IMG/VR virus record: IMGVR_UViG_3300028805_000101
Location: 1 to 64,000 of that record
Reading direction: 5' to 3' (one strand)
Source of the DNA: a virus
Taxonomy: Duplodnaviria > Caudoviricetes
Length of the DNA stretch: 64,000 bases
Below are positions 9,044 through 18,083 of the stretch, in pieces; positions within the stretch are counted from its first letter, which is position 1; the number at the start of each line of letters is the position of its first letter. The notes below the pieces were generated by a model. The model made no database searches, was not told the origin of the DNA, and saw only the letters and a list, made by a program, of their open reading frames with translations. A program made the position numbers and the translations under genes.

Positions 9044-9228
9044 ATTTTATCCTTAAAAATACAAGCTAATAGTCCAATTCCAATGAATACACCATTGGAA
9101 ATATACAATCCTGCATCGCCTATTGAAAAATAAGCAATAAAATTGCAAATCATGTATAAGAAAACAAATGTTAAGAATATCTTATCCTTCTTCGTCATCA
9201 TCAGCCTCACTGATAACAATATATTCAT
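9037..9228 (-). CDS. small membrane protein
   Basis: two hydrophobic stretches; true start probably downstream (MTKK). Confidence 0.5.
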   Translation of the reverse strand: MNILLSVRLMMTKKDKIFLTFVFLYMICNFIAYFSIGDAGLYISNGVFIGIGLLACIFKDKIC

Positions 9229-9406
9229 CTTCAGGCAAAATGTTTAGTGAACCCCAAGTTCCAGAAATAGAACCATCATCAAAAATTTGTTCCACCACAC
9301 CAGTTTTACCAATTAGTTTACGTTCACTTTCATAGATTTTTCCTGCGAAACCGATAATCTTAATGGTATCACCGATCTTTGCTCTAGCATCTTCTATTGT
9401 TGTCAT
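9182..9406 (-). CDS. DUF4314-like SH3-fold protein
   Basis: IGDTIKII...GKTGVVEQIFDDGSISGTWGSLNIL pattern. Confidence 0.65.
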   Translation of the reverse strand: MTTIEDARAKIGDTIKIIGFAGKIYESERKLIGKTGVVEQIFDDGSISGTWGSLNILPEDEYIVISEADDDEEG

Positions 9407-9415
9407 ATTTGCTCC

Positions 9416-10072
9416 TTATGCCACATATAGAATTGTTGGGTTGTCTGGGTGAATTGCAGGTGCAGTTTCTGGTGCATCTGTGTGAGTAGTTCTAAATTCA
9501 GTCCAAAGTTTTTCATAATCGTCTTTATTGAATGGATGCACAATCAGATGCATACCACTCTTTGAATGGATTTCTTTCATTACGATATATGCAAATTGTG
9601 ACTTGCACTTATTGACAAGTTTGATTAAATCATCCAAATATGGAAGATATTCTTTATCAACATCTAGAAGCCAGCTTTTAGATTCCTTTGGTTCACTATT
9701 GGACTTACCACATGCAGAACTCAATAGTCTCTCAGGATTCTTGAATGTACCACCTTTCATGCAAGCATAAATGTGTTCATAGATTTTCATATTGACATCT
9801 TTATTTGAGCGGCGATTAAGACGAATATATGCACGAACATCTTCAGTATTACAAAGATTAATGATTTCGTCTTTAAATTTATCCAAATCTTCAGGCTTTC
9901 TGATAAAATAGTTCTTCAGTGACCTACTATGCATATCACCATGATAAGTAGGATTTTTCTTACCATCTTTCATCGGGTCATCTGATTGTCTTTTAAGCAA
10001 CTGAACAAAATAGAAATGTTCTGGCAAATTGAATTTTAGCATTGATTTAATAAGTTCAAAATTATCAACCAT
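9416..10072 (-). CDS. conserved phage protein, possibly AEP/primase-polymerase fold
   Basis: WLLDVD (DxD) and SKSGMH (sxxGxH) motifs; start re-called at MVDNF. Confidence 0.5.
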   Translation of the reverse strand: MVDNFELIKSMLKFNLPEHFYFVQLLKRQSDDPMKDGKKNPTYHGDMHSRSLKNYFIRKPEDLDKFKDEIINLCNTEDVRAYIRLNRRSNKDVNMKIYEHIYACMKGGTFKNPERLLSSACGKSNSEPKESKSWLLDVDKEYLPYLDDLIKLVNKCKSQFAYIVMKEIHSKSGMHLIVHPFNKDDYEKLWTEFRTTHTDAPETAPAIHPDNPTILYVA

Positions 10073-10091
10073 AGTAATTACCTCTATATAA

Positions 10092-10120
10092 AATATAAAA
10101 AAATGACCGACAAATGTCAA
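10092..10120 (-). promoter_or_regulatory. early promoter TTGACA-N17-TATATT
   Basis: consensus; TTTACAT 20 nt upstream. Confidence 0.75.
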
Positions 10121-10154
10121 TCATTTTAAACTTAGATTATATGTAAAATTTAAT

Positions 10155-11819
10155 TTACTTATGGATTCTTCTACCAAGTAAGTTATAGTATTTTCTCTTG
10201 TTTGGTTTATAAACATTGACCTTATTCTTTTGCAAGATTATTGTAGGTTGTTCTTCAATGTCTATAACAGGTGCAATTTCAACAATAGTATCTTTTACAG
10301 TTGAATCTATGTAAATTGGTATGTCATAGTTTATTGTATCAAGTTCACCATAATCATATCTTCTAGCTTTCAACAATGCATTAGATGTTTCTCTATGCAA
10401 GTATACTCTAAATGGTTTGAATTTTATATTCTGACCACATCTTACGAAATCACCAGCCTTAAATCCATCTGCGGCTACACCAGCAAATCCATATACATTA
10501 TTCAGGTCATCACCAAAATCAGAACCATACATGAATCTATGATAAGAATTTAATGACCACTGATTAGTGGAGTTGTAGACTTTTTGTGGTTCTACAGGTT
10601 TAACATTGAATGTTCTAGCAGTAATTTTAACTGTATCAGTTTGTGGAATAATGATATATGGAACACCAGCATAAAGACTATCACCAGCGACAGCCTTCAA
10701 ATGGACTTCCCATGTTGGATTTTTATAAATGTCATTCAATTCATAGAAATCAGTATTAACTTCAGACTTTGCTATGGTTATTGGTAATTCAAGTGTATTA
10801 TAAGTTCCTGCATTAAATTTTCTATTGAAAATAATTGAATCAACAGTAAATTCTTTATTAAATACAGTTTCACTCATTGTCTTAGTGTAATTACCATCCA
10901 AGACCAATATTTTCTTATTGTCTTTGAACAAAATGGAATATACACCATAATCCAATTTATCAGCTACAACAGCATTTTCACTATGGGCTTTTCCAACAGA
11001 ATTCGTAACATTGTCAGATATGAATGTAGCATTAGAAACATGAGCAGTTCCTTCATATACATCACCAATAATTCCACCAATATAGGTAGTTCCGTCAGCA
11101 ACAACATTTATATTACCTTCCCAAAGAACACTATCTATGGTAACATTTTTCTTTGTCATACCAACAATGCCACCAACGAAAGAAAGGTTCTTGACATTTA
11201 TAGTGACTGCAGAACTAGAATTTTTGATAGTGCCCCAAGTATTACCTGCTATACCACCAACATTCTGACCATCACCAAAACCATTCAATACACCTGTAGC
11301 AGATGAACTATCTACTAAACCAGTTGCATCCATCCATCCTACAATTGTTCCAATACATATTGCTTTCTTTTCTTTACCTTCAGCACTATTGTCAATAGCA
11401 CCTGGTGTTTTACCACCAACACTATAACTTGTGACTGTTATATTGGATAAGTTTAGATTTTTTACAGTACCTGACATAGTACCAATGAAACCAAGGTTTT
11501 GAGGATAATGGTCATTCAATTTTTTAAGTGTATCACTATCCATATAGTAGTTTGAAATTGTATGGCCATTTCCATCAAAGACACCAGCAAATTTAGGTGT
11601 TCCAGTTCCAGCTGCTATTGGAATCCATAACTGATTACCATAGTCAATATCAGCCATCAACTTAGCATTTAGATTTACATTACTACTATTATACGAATTG
11701 ACTTTGTCTCGGAACCAGTTAAGGTCTTCAACAGTTTCAATTTGATAATAATTGTTTACATATAATGGTTCACCAAAAGATAACCCTATAAGGGCTAATA
11801 ACAATAAGATATGTTTCAT
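10155..11819 (-). CDS. secreted GLUG-motif/beta-helix surface protein with T9SS-like C-terminal tail
   Basis: signal peptide MKHILLLLALIGLSFG; FAGVFDGNGHTISN; VGGIAG/VGGIVG/IGGIIG repeats; terminal YYNLLGRRI. Confidence 0.75.
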   Translation of the reverse strand: MKHILLLLALIGLSFGEPLYVNNYYQIETVEDLNWFRDKVNSYNSSNVNLNAKLMADIDYGNQLWIPIAAGTGTPKFAGVFDGNGHTISNYYMDSDTLKKLNDHYPQNLGFIGTMSGTVKNLNLSNITVTSYSVGGKTPGAIDNSAEGKEKKAICIGTIVGWMDATGLVDSSSATGVLNGFGDGQNVGGIAGNTWGTIKNSSSAVTINVKNLSFVGGIVGMTKKNVTIDSVLWEGNINVVADGTTYIGGIIGDVYEGTAHVSNATFISDNVTNSVGKAHSENAVVADKLDYGVYSILFKDNKKILVLDGNYTKTMSETVFNKEFTVDSIIFNRKFNAGTYNTLELPITIAKSEVNTDFYELNDIYKNPTWEVHLKAVAGDSLYAGVPYIIIPQTDTVKITARTFNVKPVEPQKVYNSTNQWSLNSYHRFMYGSDFGDDLNNVYGFAGVAADGFKAGDFVRCGQNIKFKPFRVYLHRETSNALLKARRYDYGELDTINYDIPIYIDSTVKDTIVEIAPVIDIEEQPTIILQKNKVNVYKPNKRKYYNLLGRRIHK

Positions 11820-11820
11820 T

Positions 11821-11994
11821 TTATGCACCTACTGACACACTTGGGTCAATAAATACAGGAATTGTTGACCCAATTTCACCTTCTTCTTCACAGCCATAAC
11901 AAGAATCTTGTAGCAAATCAATCTTAGAATTTAGATTTACTACCTCGAGTTCAGGCTTTATGTATTGTTTCTTTTCTTTATTTTGTTCATTCAT
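11821..11994 (-). CDS. 57-aa peptide with YIKPELEVV leader-like motif
   Basis: AGGAGA SD before MNEQ; YxxPxLxxx motif. Confidence 0.7.
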   Translation of the reverse strand: MNEQNKEKKQYIKPELEVVNLNSKIDLLQDSCYGCEEEGEIGSTIPVFIDPSVSVGA

Positions 11995-12010
11995 AGTATA
12001 TCTCCTAAAT

Positions 12011-12175
12011 CTATTTATATTCCTTGCATCTGCCACATTTGCTACAGCGTTTGTATAATTGGTCAGTATCTGTTCTTTCCACTATTTCCCACTCGTGTTT
12101 GCAACGAAGCTTAAAATAGGACAAAACATAAACTGCCACAATCAGTATGAATCCAAATATAATAAGATATATCAT
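12011..12175 (-). CDS. 54-aa membrane-anchored Zn-ribbon protein (not in ORF track)
   Basis: manual translation MIYLIIFGFILIVAVYVLSYFKLRCKHEWEIVERTDTDQLYKRCSKCGRCKEYK. Confidence 0.65.
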   Translation of the reverse strand: MIYLIIFGFILIVAVYVLSYFKLRCKHEWEIVERTDTDQLYKRCSKCGRCKEYK

Positions 12176-12208
12176 AATGCGTAAAATATAATTAAATTTT
12201 ACAGTTTG

Positions 12209-12541
12209 TCAACTTTTGCCAAAATCTTTGCTTAATTCCATTTTTCTGGCATTTGTAAATTGTTTCTTATGGTATAAAATAAGAAAATTGTATTGTCTTT
12301 TATAATAATCCAGCGAATAGTTTAAATGGTTCAATGTTGTATCTTCAATAATTGTTCTATGTTGTACATAACTTACCATTATAAAGTTTTCATCATAGAG
12401 CAAGTTATATGTATCTGCGAGAAAACCGTGAACTCTTAAGAATATTTGATTTCTATAAAATATTGAAAACCCATCGGATTGTTTCCGAATGTCATACAGC
12501 TCATTTGAGTTAGCCCAAGCTAGAATTTCATCTTTTGTCAT
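12209..12541 (-). CDS. DF-tail family small protein
   Basis: C-terminus RKMELSKDFGKS. Confidence 0.65.
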   Translation of the reverse strand: MTKDEILAWANSNELYDIRKQSDGFSIFYRNQIFLRVHGFLADTYNLLYDENFIMVSYVQHRTIIEDTTLNHLNYSLDYYKRQYNFLILYHKKQFTNARKMELSKDFGKS

Positions 12542-12807
12542 ATCGTTTTTTCAAAAATAGTAAAATTATGATAAGTGTCAATGCAATACCGTAATTAAAA
12601 TATTGTGGGTATTGCCAAAAACCACTTATATAGTTAGTTCCAAAGATGTATATGGCTGAAAATATATTGCCAAATATTGAAAGAATGATATAGAATAAAC
12701 TTATATCTTTCGTTGATTTAGTTTTGAATGCTTTTATTACTTGTGGTAAAGCACAGACTGCAAAACAGATTGCTCCAAGAACTCCGAATTATCGTTAAAA
12801 TTGCCAT
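12528..12807 (-). pseudogene. SemiSWEET / PQ-loop 3-TM transporter with a 1-nt frameshift (not in ORF track)
   Basis: LPQVIKAFKTKSTKDIS signature; removing one A at 12789-12790 joins ATG 12807 into a 92-aa ORF; span is 3n+1. Confidence 0.8.
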
Positions 12808-12809
12808 AA

Positions 12810-13334
12810 TTATCCTAATATTGTTTTAATAAGTTTATTTTCCACTAGATATTTTACAAGTTCAGAACTCCCTCCACCAGCCTTTGCCATATCAACATCA
12901 GTTATTACAGACAAATCAGGATCTTGTGTCATTCTATTTTTTGCCTTGATATAAGCGAAATCTTTACATTGTTCCATAATTTCTTTATCAGACAATGTTT
13001 TACAGATTTCACATACATTGTTGATAGTTTTCTTTTCCATTTCAGCAATATAGTCCAAATCAGGTTTATTATTACATTCTATAAACTTATCATAGGTATC
13101 TTTTTCATCGTAATAAGTATTGAATTCTGAATTTGGTAGAATAAAATCATTGAACTGTAATGGTTTAAGGAATTTTCCTGATAAATGGAATCTATCATCA
13201 AATATGGCTTTACCATATTTTGATAAATATTCCTTTTGTGAAAGATACATTATTCCATATAGTCTATTCAGTGTTGTCTTATGTTGAAGTTTTTCTAAGA
13301 TATATTTAATCACTTCTACATCTGAATTTTTCAT
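12810..13334 (-). CDS. Panacea (DUF4065/SocA-like) antitoxin-domain protein
   Basis: LYGIMYLSQKEYLSKYGKAIFDDRF and C-terminal DMAKAGG..EL..Y patterns; GPV motif degenerate. Confidence 0.7.
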   Translation of the reverse strand: MKNSDVEVIKYILEKLQHKTTLNRLYGIMYLSQKEYLSKYGKAIFDDRFHLSGKFLKPLQFNDFILPNSEFNTYYDEKDTYDKFIECNNKPDLDYIAEMEKKTINNVCEICKTLSDKEIMEQCKDFAYIKAKNRMTQDPDLSVITDVDMAKAGGGSSELVKYLVENKLIKTILG

Positions 13335-13489
13335 AATTTACTCGAAATAAAATTCATTAGATACATAAAACCAGTCACAAACAGTGGAAATAAAAAATAC
13401 TCAATGAGACCCATTGGGTATTGTATAAGAAATGAAAATAGGATTACTCCAAATAATGCTGTAATGTATATGCTAAAAAATGTTTTCAT
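13331..13489 (-). CDS. 52-aa 2-TM membrane protein (not in ORF track)
   Basis: manual translation MKTFFSIYITALFGVILFSFLIQYPMGLIEYFLFPLFVTGFMYLMNFISSKL. Confidence 0.6.
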   Translation of the reverse strand: MKTFFSIYITALFGVILFSFLIQYPMGLIEYFLFPLFVTGFMYLMNFISSKL

Positions 13490-13519
13490 ATCTAATAATA
13501 TAACAAAATATTTATAGAA

Positions 13520-13702
13520 TTAAGAATCTATTGTTTTTGTTTTATCAACTTCAACTTTAAGAATATCTGGTGTAGTTTGATACTGTTCTCTGATAAATTC
13601 ATATAGTTCTTTTCTAACCTGTTCTTCAGTTTCACAATATCGCTTAAATACTTGTGGCTCGCCAAACATATTAACTACACATTTATATCTAATCTTATTC
13701 AT
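13520..13702 (-). CDS. hypothetical protein
   Basis: ORF track. Confidence 0.55.
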   Translation of the reverse strand: MNKIRYKCVVNMFGEPQVFKRYCETEEQVRKELYEFIREQYQTTPDILKVEVDKTKTIDS

Positions 13703-14132
13703 TATACAATATTTCCGTACTTGTTTTTATAAAAATCTTATCCAAATCAAGTATCTTTGATTTTTTATTTGGAACTTCTTTTTGAGGTCCAATTACACAG
13801 AATGACCCAATTCCATAAACAATCGTGACTTCAGAATATTTTTCTTTGTATTTTAGTTGAATGTGGTAGTTTTCCCATTTGTCTTTTGGGTCTGTATAGA
13901 TAAATTCTCTAAATTCCTTAGTCCATAGATTTTGATAGAAGAACTCCATACAAGACCAAATTTCATCTTTATCTTTACCTTTATATTGGTAAAGCATAGA
14001 TTCTTCTTCAAATGTTTTATTATATTCAACAATCTCTTTTAGTTTAGATAACATCTTTGATAATTTTACTTTTGCTCTAATTAAATCATCAAATCCTTTA
14101 TACTGTTTTAAATTTGCTGGAACAATAACCAT
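13695..14132 (-). CDS. hypothetical protein
   Basis: ORF track. Confidence 0.6.
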   Translation of the reverse strand: MVIVPANLKQYKGFDDLIRAKVKLSKMLSKLKEIVEYNKTFEEESMLYQYKGKDKDEIWSCMEFFYQNLWTKEFREFIYTDPKDKWENYHIQLKYKEKYSEVTIVYGIGSFCVIGPQKEVPNKKSKILDLDKIFIKTSTEILYNE

Positions 14133-14281
14133 TAGTAAACCTTAAAATTCTGATCATCGCAATTATATGTGGTAGAGTCAGTTTCCATTACCTTACAATT
14201 TTCTACTGGTGCATTTGATATTCTGGAATCATTACACGATATTATACAGAATACTGCAATTATTATTAAATACTTAACCAT
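14132..14281 (-). CDS. 49-aa putative lipoprotein (not in ORF track)
   Basis: MVKYLIIIAVFCIISC lipobox-like N-terminus. Confidence 0.55.
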   Translation of the reverse strand: MVKYLIIIAVFCIISCNDSRISNAPVENCKVMETDSTTYNCDDQNFKVY

Positions 14282-14777
14282 TTTTATTACCTAATTCTTC
14301 AGCGATCTTATCCATTATTCCGTTCTGTATTGCATCCTGTAGTTTCAATGAAATGTATTTGCTAAATGACATTCCTGCTTTATTTGCTGCTAGTTGTAAT
14401 TGTGCAATTTCTTCATCAGTCAAATCAAGACAGATTTCTTCCATACCATCTTCAATCAACTTAACTCCTGTTGGTTCTAACCATCTACGAGCAACTTCAT
14501 TTTCAATCTGACAACCTTTAGAATCTTTCCAACCTGGGGCAAAATAGATTATTTCAGCACCAGCCATTTTTGATAATGCTTGACCTAACAAATTTACAGC
14601 ACTAATGGCATTGTATTCAGTAGTTTCTTGTGGCTGATATGAATCAATTACAACAATTTCATTATCAGGATAAACATTAGAAATATAATCAGCAGCTTTT
14701 CTTCTTGTTTCTAAAATTTCATCGTTAGTCAATCCACTCATTGGTTGTGAAATAAATACTCTCTTAATCGGCTTCAT
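14274..14777 (-). CDS. DUF4406 (nucleoside deoxyribosyltransferase-like) domain fused to an RHH-like tail
   Basis: VFISQPMSG...IYFAPGWKDSKGCQIENEVA; C-terminal DLTDEEIAQLQLAANKAGMSFSKYI. Confidence 0.7.
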   Translation of the reverse strand: MKPIKRVFISQPMSGLTNDEILETRRKAADYISNVYPDNEIVVIDSYQPQETTEYNAISAVNLLGQALSKMAGAEIIYFAPGWKDSKGCQIENEVARRWLEPTGVKLIEDGMEEICLDLTDEEIAQLQLAANKAGMSFSKYISLKLQDAIQNGIMDKIAEELGNKNG

Positions 14778-15072
14778 TAAAATCTCCTTCCATTACATTC
14801 TTTCGTTCTGCGGTTATCAATGTTTTATAAGTCTGTCTATAAACCTTTATTATAGATTTCAATTCATTCAGTGAACTAACTCTTTTATTTGCACCTGCAA
14901 TAATATTAAAAGTTCCATCATCATTTACTGAAAATGTCAGAACATCAATTGTAAAATATTTATTACCGTAGTTTGATATTTTCAACTTATAATTACCAAG
15001 AATTAAATAAGTATGTTTGGTATCATTTTTATAATATTTTATCGGATACATATCATCCAACGCAGAATACAT
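14764..15072 (-). CDS. DF-tail family small protein
   Basis: C-terminus RKNVMEGDFNEAD. Confidence 0.6.
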   Translation of the reverse strand: MYSALDDMYPIKYYKNDTKHTYLILGNYKLKISNYGNKYFTIDVLTFSVNDDGTFNIIAGANKRVSSLNELKSIIKVYRQTYKTLITAERKNVMEGDFNEAD

Positions 15073-15073
15073 A

Positions 15074-15304
15074 TCAAAACCTACCGGACTTTTTTAGTTC
15101 TTTCAGAAATGCATCATATTGTTTAGCAAAATATTCAAATGTATTATCTTCATCTACAGGACCAACTGTTTGTAAATTCATGTCTTTACAGAACTTTTCC
15201 CATTCTTCATCAGAACAAACTTGTTCCTGGTCATCTATATAAGATTTCATCCATTCATTCATCGCTTCAGACGGCGTTTTCCACATTTGGTTCTTCTCCT
15301 TCAA
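15074..15304 (-). CDS. hypothetical protein
   Basis: ORF track. Confidence 0.55.
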   Translation of the reverse strand: MKEKNQMWKTPSEAMNEWMKSYIDDQEQVCSDEEWEKFCKDMNLQTVGPVDEDNTFEYFAKQYDAFLKELKKSGRF

Positions 15305-16064
15305 AAATTACATTTTCACGATTAGTCACTTTGGAGAATATAGGCATATCCAAAATACGGATTTCATGTCTCTTCACCATAGTATTTCTATCTAAAGTAA
15401 ATCTATGTTTTTCAGGAATCTTATGCCATTCTTCATCATTCAATTTTCGTTCAATGATTTTTCGCTGAGCATATGTTCCACGCTTGAAAAATACTGGATA
15501 ATCATTCCAGTTAATACCTTTTTCCATTAACAAGTCTTGTTTTTCTGCACCATTCTTATTCATTAGTTGTTTGTCTGAATAATATGCTCTTGCTGCCATA
15601 GAAATAGAATTCTTTGTAGCATCAAATTCTCTCCATAGCAATTCATTTGCGGCTTCAGTCCTATTTGGAACTTGCCAACATCTACAATCAAAAAATGCCA
15701 ATGGCTTATCAGGATATTTCTTATGAATGACTTCGTTGAACTTAGCTGTAGCAATACTCGCTATAACTGAAGTCAGTTTAGAAATTCTACCATTGAACAT
15801 CGGATCTTTTATATCAGATAGAATTAGTGTTATTTCATCAGACTGTGTATATCCAATACAAGCATCACTTTGTTCCACAAGATATCGCATTGTTTCAACC
15901 ATTGAGTCTGACATATCCTTGTCATAGGGGCGTTTCATTCCTCTAGTGAATGTGTGGAACGCCCTTCCATCAATACGAACGCAGATTGGAAGTCTTGGCA
16001 TAAAGCTGCGATTTGCTTCAATGCCTTCATATAATTTCATTCTATCACCAAATTTATCTGCCAT
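15267..16064 (-). CDS. thg1: tRNA(His) guanylyltransferase / Thg1-like 3'-5' polymerase
   Basis: RIDGRAFHTFT, QSDEITL, FNGRISKL, FDCR, KNSIS, GINWNDYP..FKRG; start re-called at MADKF. Confidence 0.93.
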   Translation of the reverse strand: MADKFGDRMKLYEGIEANRSFMPRLPICVRIDGRAFHTFTRGMKRPYDKDMSDSMVETMRYLVEQSDACIGYTQSDEITLILSDIKDPMFNGRISKLTSVIASIATAKFNEVIHKKYPDKPLAFFDCRCWQVPNRTEAANELLWREFDATKNSISMAARAYYSDKQLMNKNGAEKQDLLMEKGINWNDYPVFFKRGTYAQRKIIERKLNDEEWHKIPEKHRFTLDRNTMVKRHEIRILDMPIFSKVTNRENVIFEGEEPNVENAV

Positions 16065-16155
16065 TTTTATACCATAATTAAAAGAATTTCCACACAATGA
16101 AACTCATTACAAATAAAGCTAATCCTAGCCAAAACATAACTTTATTAACCATCAT

Positions 16156-16476
16156 TTAATCATCCCTCTCTGGAAAAAATACCAATACTGTTTGTGCTGC
16201 TGCCCAATCAAGTAGTTCATTTGCTAAATCATCTGGCATGTCAGCATATTCATTTTCATCAAAATAATTATCTATATAACCTGATATGCATTCATAGTTA
16301 TCATAAGTTGTATCATATTCTTTCATATATTTCATGAATTTCTTTGGTGCTTTAGCCCATAACTTTTTAGCCAAACCATCCACAGTTCTTGGAAGAATAT
16401 TTTTTAGTGGTGTTTCTAGTTCACGTCTTACCAAATCCTTATATCTAGAATCGGCTACAATATCATCATATGTCAT
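16156..16476 (-). CDS. hypothetical protein
   Basis: ORF track. Confidence 0.6.
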   Translation of the reverse strand: MTYDDIVADSRYKDLVRRELETPLKNILPRTVDGLAKKLWAKAPKKFMKYMKEYDTTYDNYECISGYIDNYFDENEYADMPDDLANELLDWAAAQTVLVFFPERDD

Positions 16477-16819
16477 ATTTTACTCCATGTTTAATAATAT
16501 CACAAAAATAATGAAAATATACAATCCAACAGTAATTATAATATCAATCTTACTGGTCTTCTTAAATTCATTTATTGCTTCAGAATTATCTGCAATTGGT
16601 CTAAATGATAATTCAGTATTATCATTAGAATCATTACTTTTCAATAACATCTATTATTCTCCATACATTATTATGGAATATAATAAATATTTCACAGATT
16701 GGCAATATTGTAAACTACAACACCCAATATAATCCATGAAATAATAGACATAGTAAGTATTACTGTGAACTTTGTTATCTTTGACAAATGTTGTTCTTTA
16801 TTTATAATGTTGTCGCTGT

Positions 16820-17014
16820 TCATGATTTTCCTTTTAGTCTAGAAATTTCCTTTTTCAATTCTTCATTTTCTTTAATAAGCATCTTAATCTGATGGAAAAA
16901 ATCATTCACATCATCTATACTTAATGAAGAGTGTTTTTTCTTACCAAAGACATGTTTCGGTAACAATTCGTGTTTTTCATCGTGAACTGGATATTTTTCA
17001 TCATCAAACTTCAT
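16820..17014 (-). CDS. hypothetical protein
   Basis: ORF track. Confidence 0.55.
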   Translation of the reverse strand: MKFDDEKYPVHDEKHELLPKHVFGKKKHSSLSIDDVNDFFHQIKMLIKENEELKKEISRLKGKS

Positions 17015-17481
17015 TACAGATCCTTTGGATTTATGGCGATGGCATTATGGTCTAGATTATAGTCTGTATCAGTGGTATCATCAATCAAAACACATTTTTC
17101 TGTATCAGTCATACGAGGCTTAGCATGAATTATCTGAAGAAAAGAAGTGGTCTTATCTATACAGTATTCACTGGTCATCATACCAGGAATCATTGCCTTA
17201 TTAAAATCATCCACTAATCCTAGTCGCATAGCAATAGAAACTGAATTTTCTTTTACCATCACACTAACTCGTTTTGAGTTAGGAACACCAAGCTTATCAA
17301 AGATATTGTTTGCAATATCATAGTCAATTTCTTTTACTTCCGTCCAACCCCAAGTATATAATACCACCTTGGCATTGTTGTCAGCAATATATCTACTGAT
17401 TTTCTCACAATTTTCTTCCATCCAATTGCAAGTGACCAGATCATCTATCACTGTATTTTCAATATCTAAGAATATAACCAT
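17014..17481 (-). CDS. HAD-superfamily phosphatase-like protein
   Basis: IFLDIENT motif I, LYT motif II, K, LIDD motif IV. Confidence 0.65.
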   Translation of the reverse strand: MVIFLDIENTVIDDLVTCNWMEENCEKISRYIADNNAKVVLYTWGWTEVKEIDYDIANNIFDKLGVPNSKRVSVMVKENSVSIAMRLGLVDDFNKAMIPGMMTSEYCIDKTTSFLQIIHAKPRMTDTEKCVLIDDTTDTDYNLDHNAIAINPKDL

Positions 17482-17498
17482 ATTATTTCCTCAATACA

Positions 17499-17527
17499 AA
17501 TATAGAAAAATGACTGACATAAGTCAA
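17499..17527 (-). promoter_or_regulatory. early promoter TTGACT-N17-TATATT
   Basis: near consensus. Confidence 0.7.
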
Positions 17528-17563
17528 TCATTTCTTTTGGTTGTGTGTAAATATTATTTTACA

Positions 17564-18049
17564 TTAGAAATCCCAGTTATCAAGTATTCTGATTTGACTA
17601 TTCTTTATTTGTTTAATCATTCTATCAGCCTTTTGCTTGTCAATGATTTCGTCAATATCACATTCACGGATATTAAATGCATTGTCTTCAGAACTACTGA
17701 TATATGCGGAAGTCCAATCACTCGTTAAATGCTTAATCTGTTGCCATTCATCATTGTACTTAATATGGACTACTTTTGCATTTGCTTTGAAAAATCCTTC
17801 ACCTCTATACTTAATATCCAAGATATGAACAATCTTAATATCATTTGGATTCTTTATGGTGTTAGTCATACTAACTGTTCTACCATAGAAGACTAGATAT
17901 TTGCCACGATACTTTTCTTCTAGGATTTCTTTTTGTTCTATTTGTTTGGCTTCTCGTATTTCTTCCAATCTCTTATCAGCCATATCACGAATTTGCTTCA
18001 ATTCAGTTTCGTCTGTAATTGTAGTTAAATCTATCATATTAGTCCTCAA
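17564..18049 (-). CDS. hypothetical protein ending in DF
   Basis: ORF track. Confidence 0.6.
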   Translation of the reverse strand: MRTNMIDLTTITDETELKQIRDMADKRLEEIREAKQIEQKEILEEKYRGKYLVFYGRTVSMTNTIKNPNDIKIVHILDIKYRGEGFFKANAKVVHIKYNDEWQQIKHLTSDWTSAYISSSEDNAFNIRECDIDEIIDKQKADRMIKQIKNSQIRILDNWDF

Positions 18050-18054
18050 GTTAA

Positions 18055-18083
18055 AATATAATCAAAGTTTCTTTTGTTGTCAA
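18055..18083 (-). promoter_or_regulatory. early promoter TTGACA-N17-TATATT
   Basis: consensus. Confidence 0.7.

Noticed and set aside
11821-11994. Complete RiPP (lasso peptide) cluster
   Set aside because: Only a leader-like peptide is present; no RRE, peptidase, cyclase or radical SAM gene nearby.
16480-16817. Possible frameshifted gene in the gap between 16476 and 16820
   Set aside because: Manual translation gives two intact short membrane-peptide ORFs below the track threshold.
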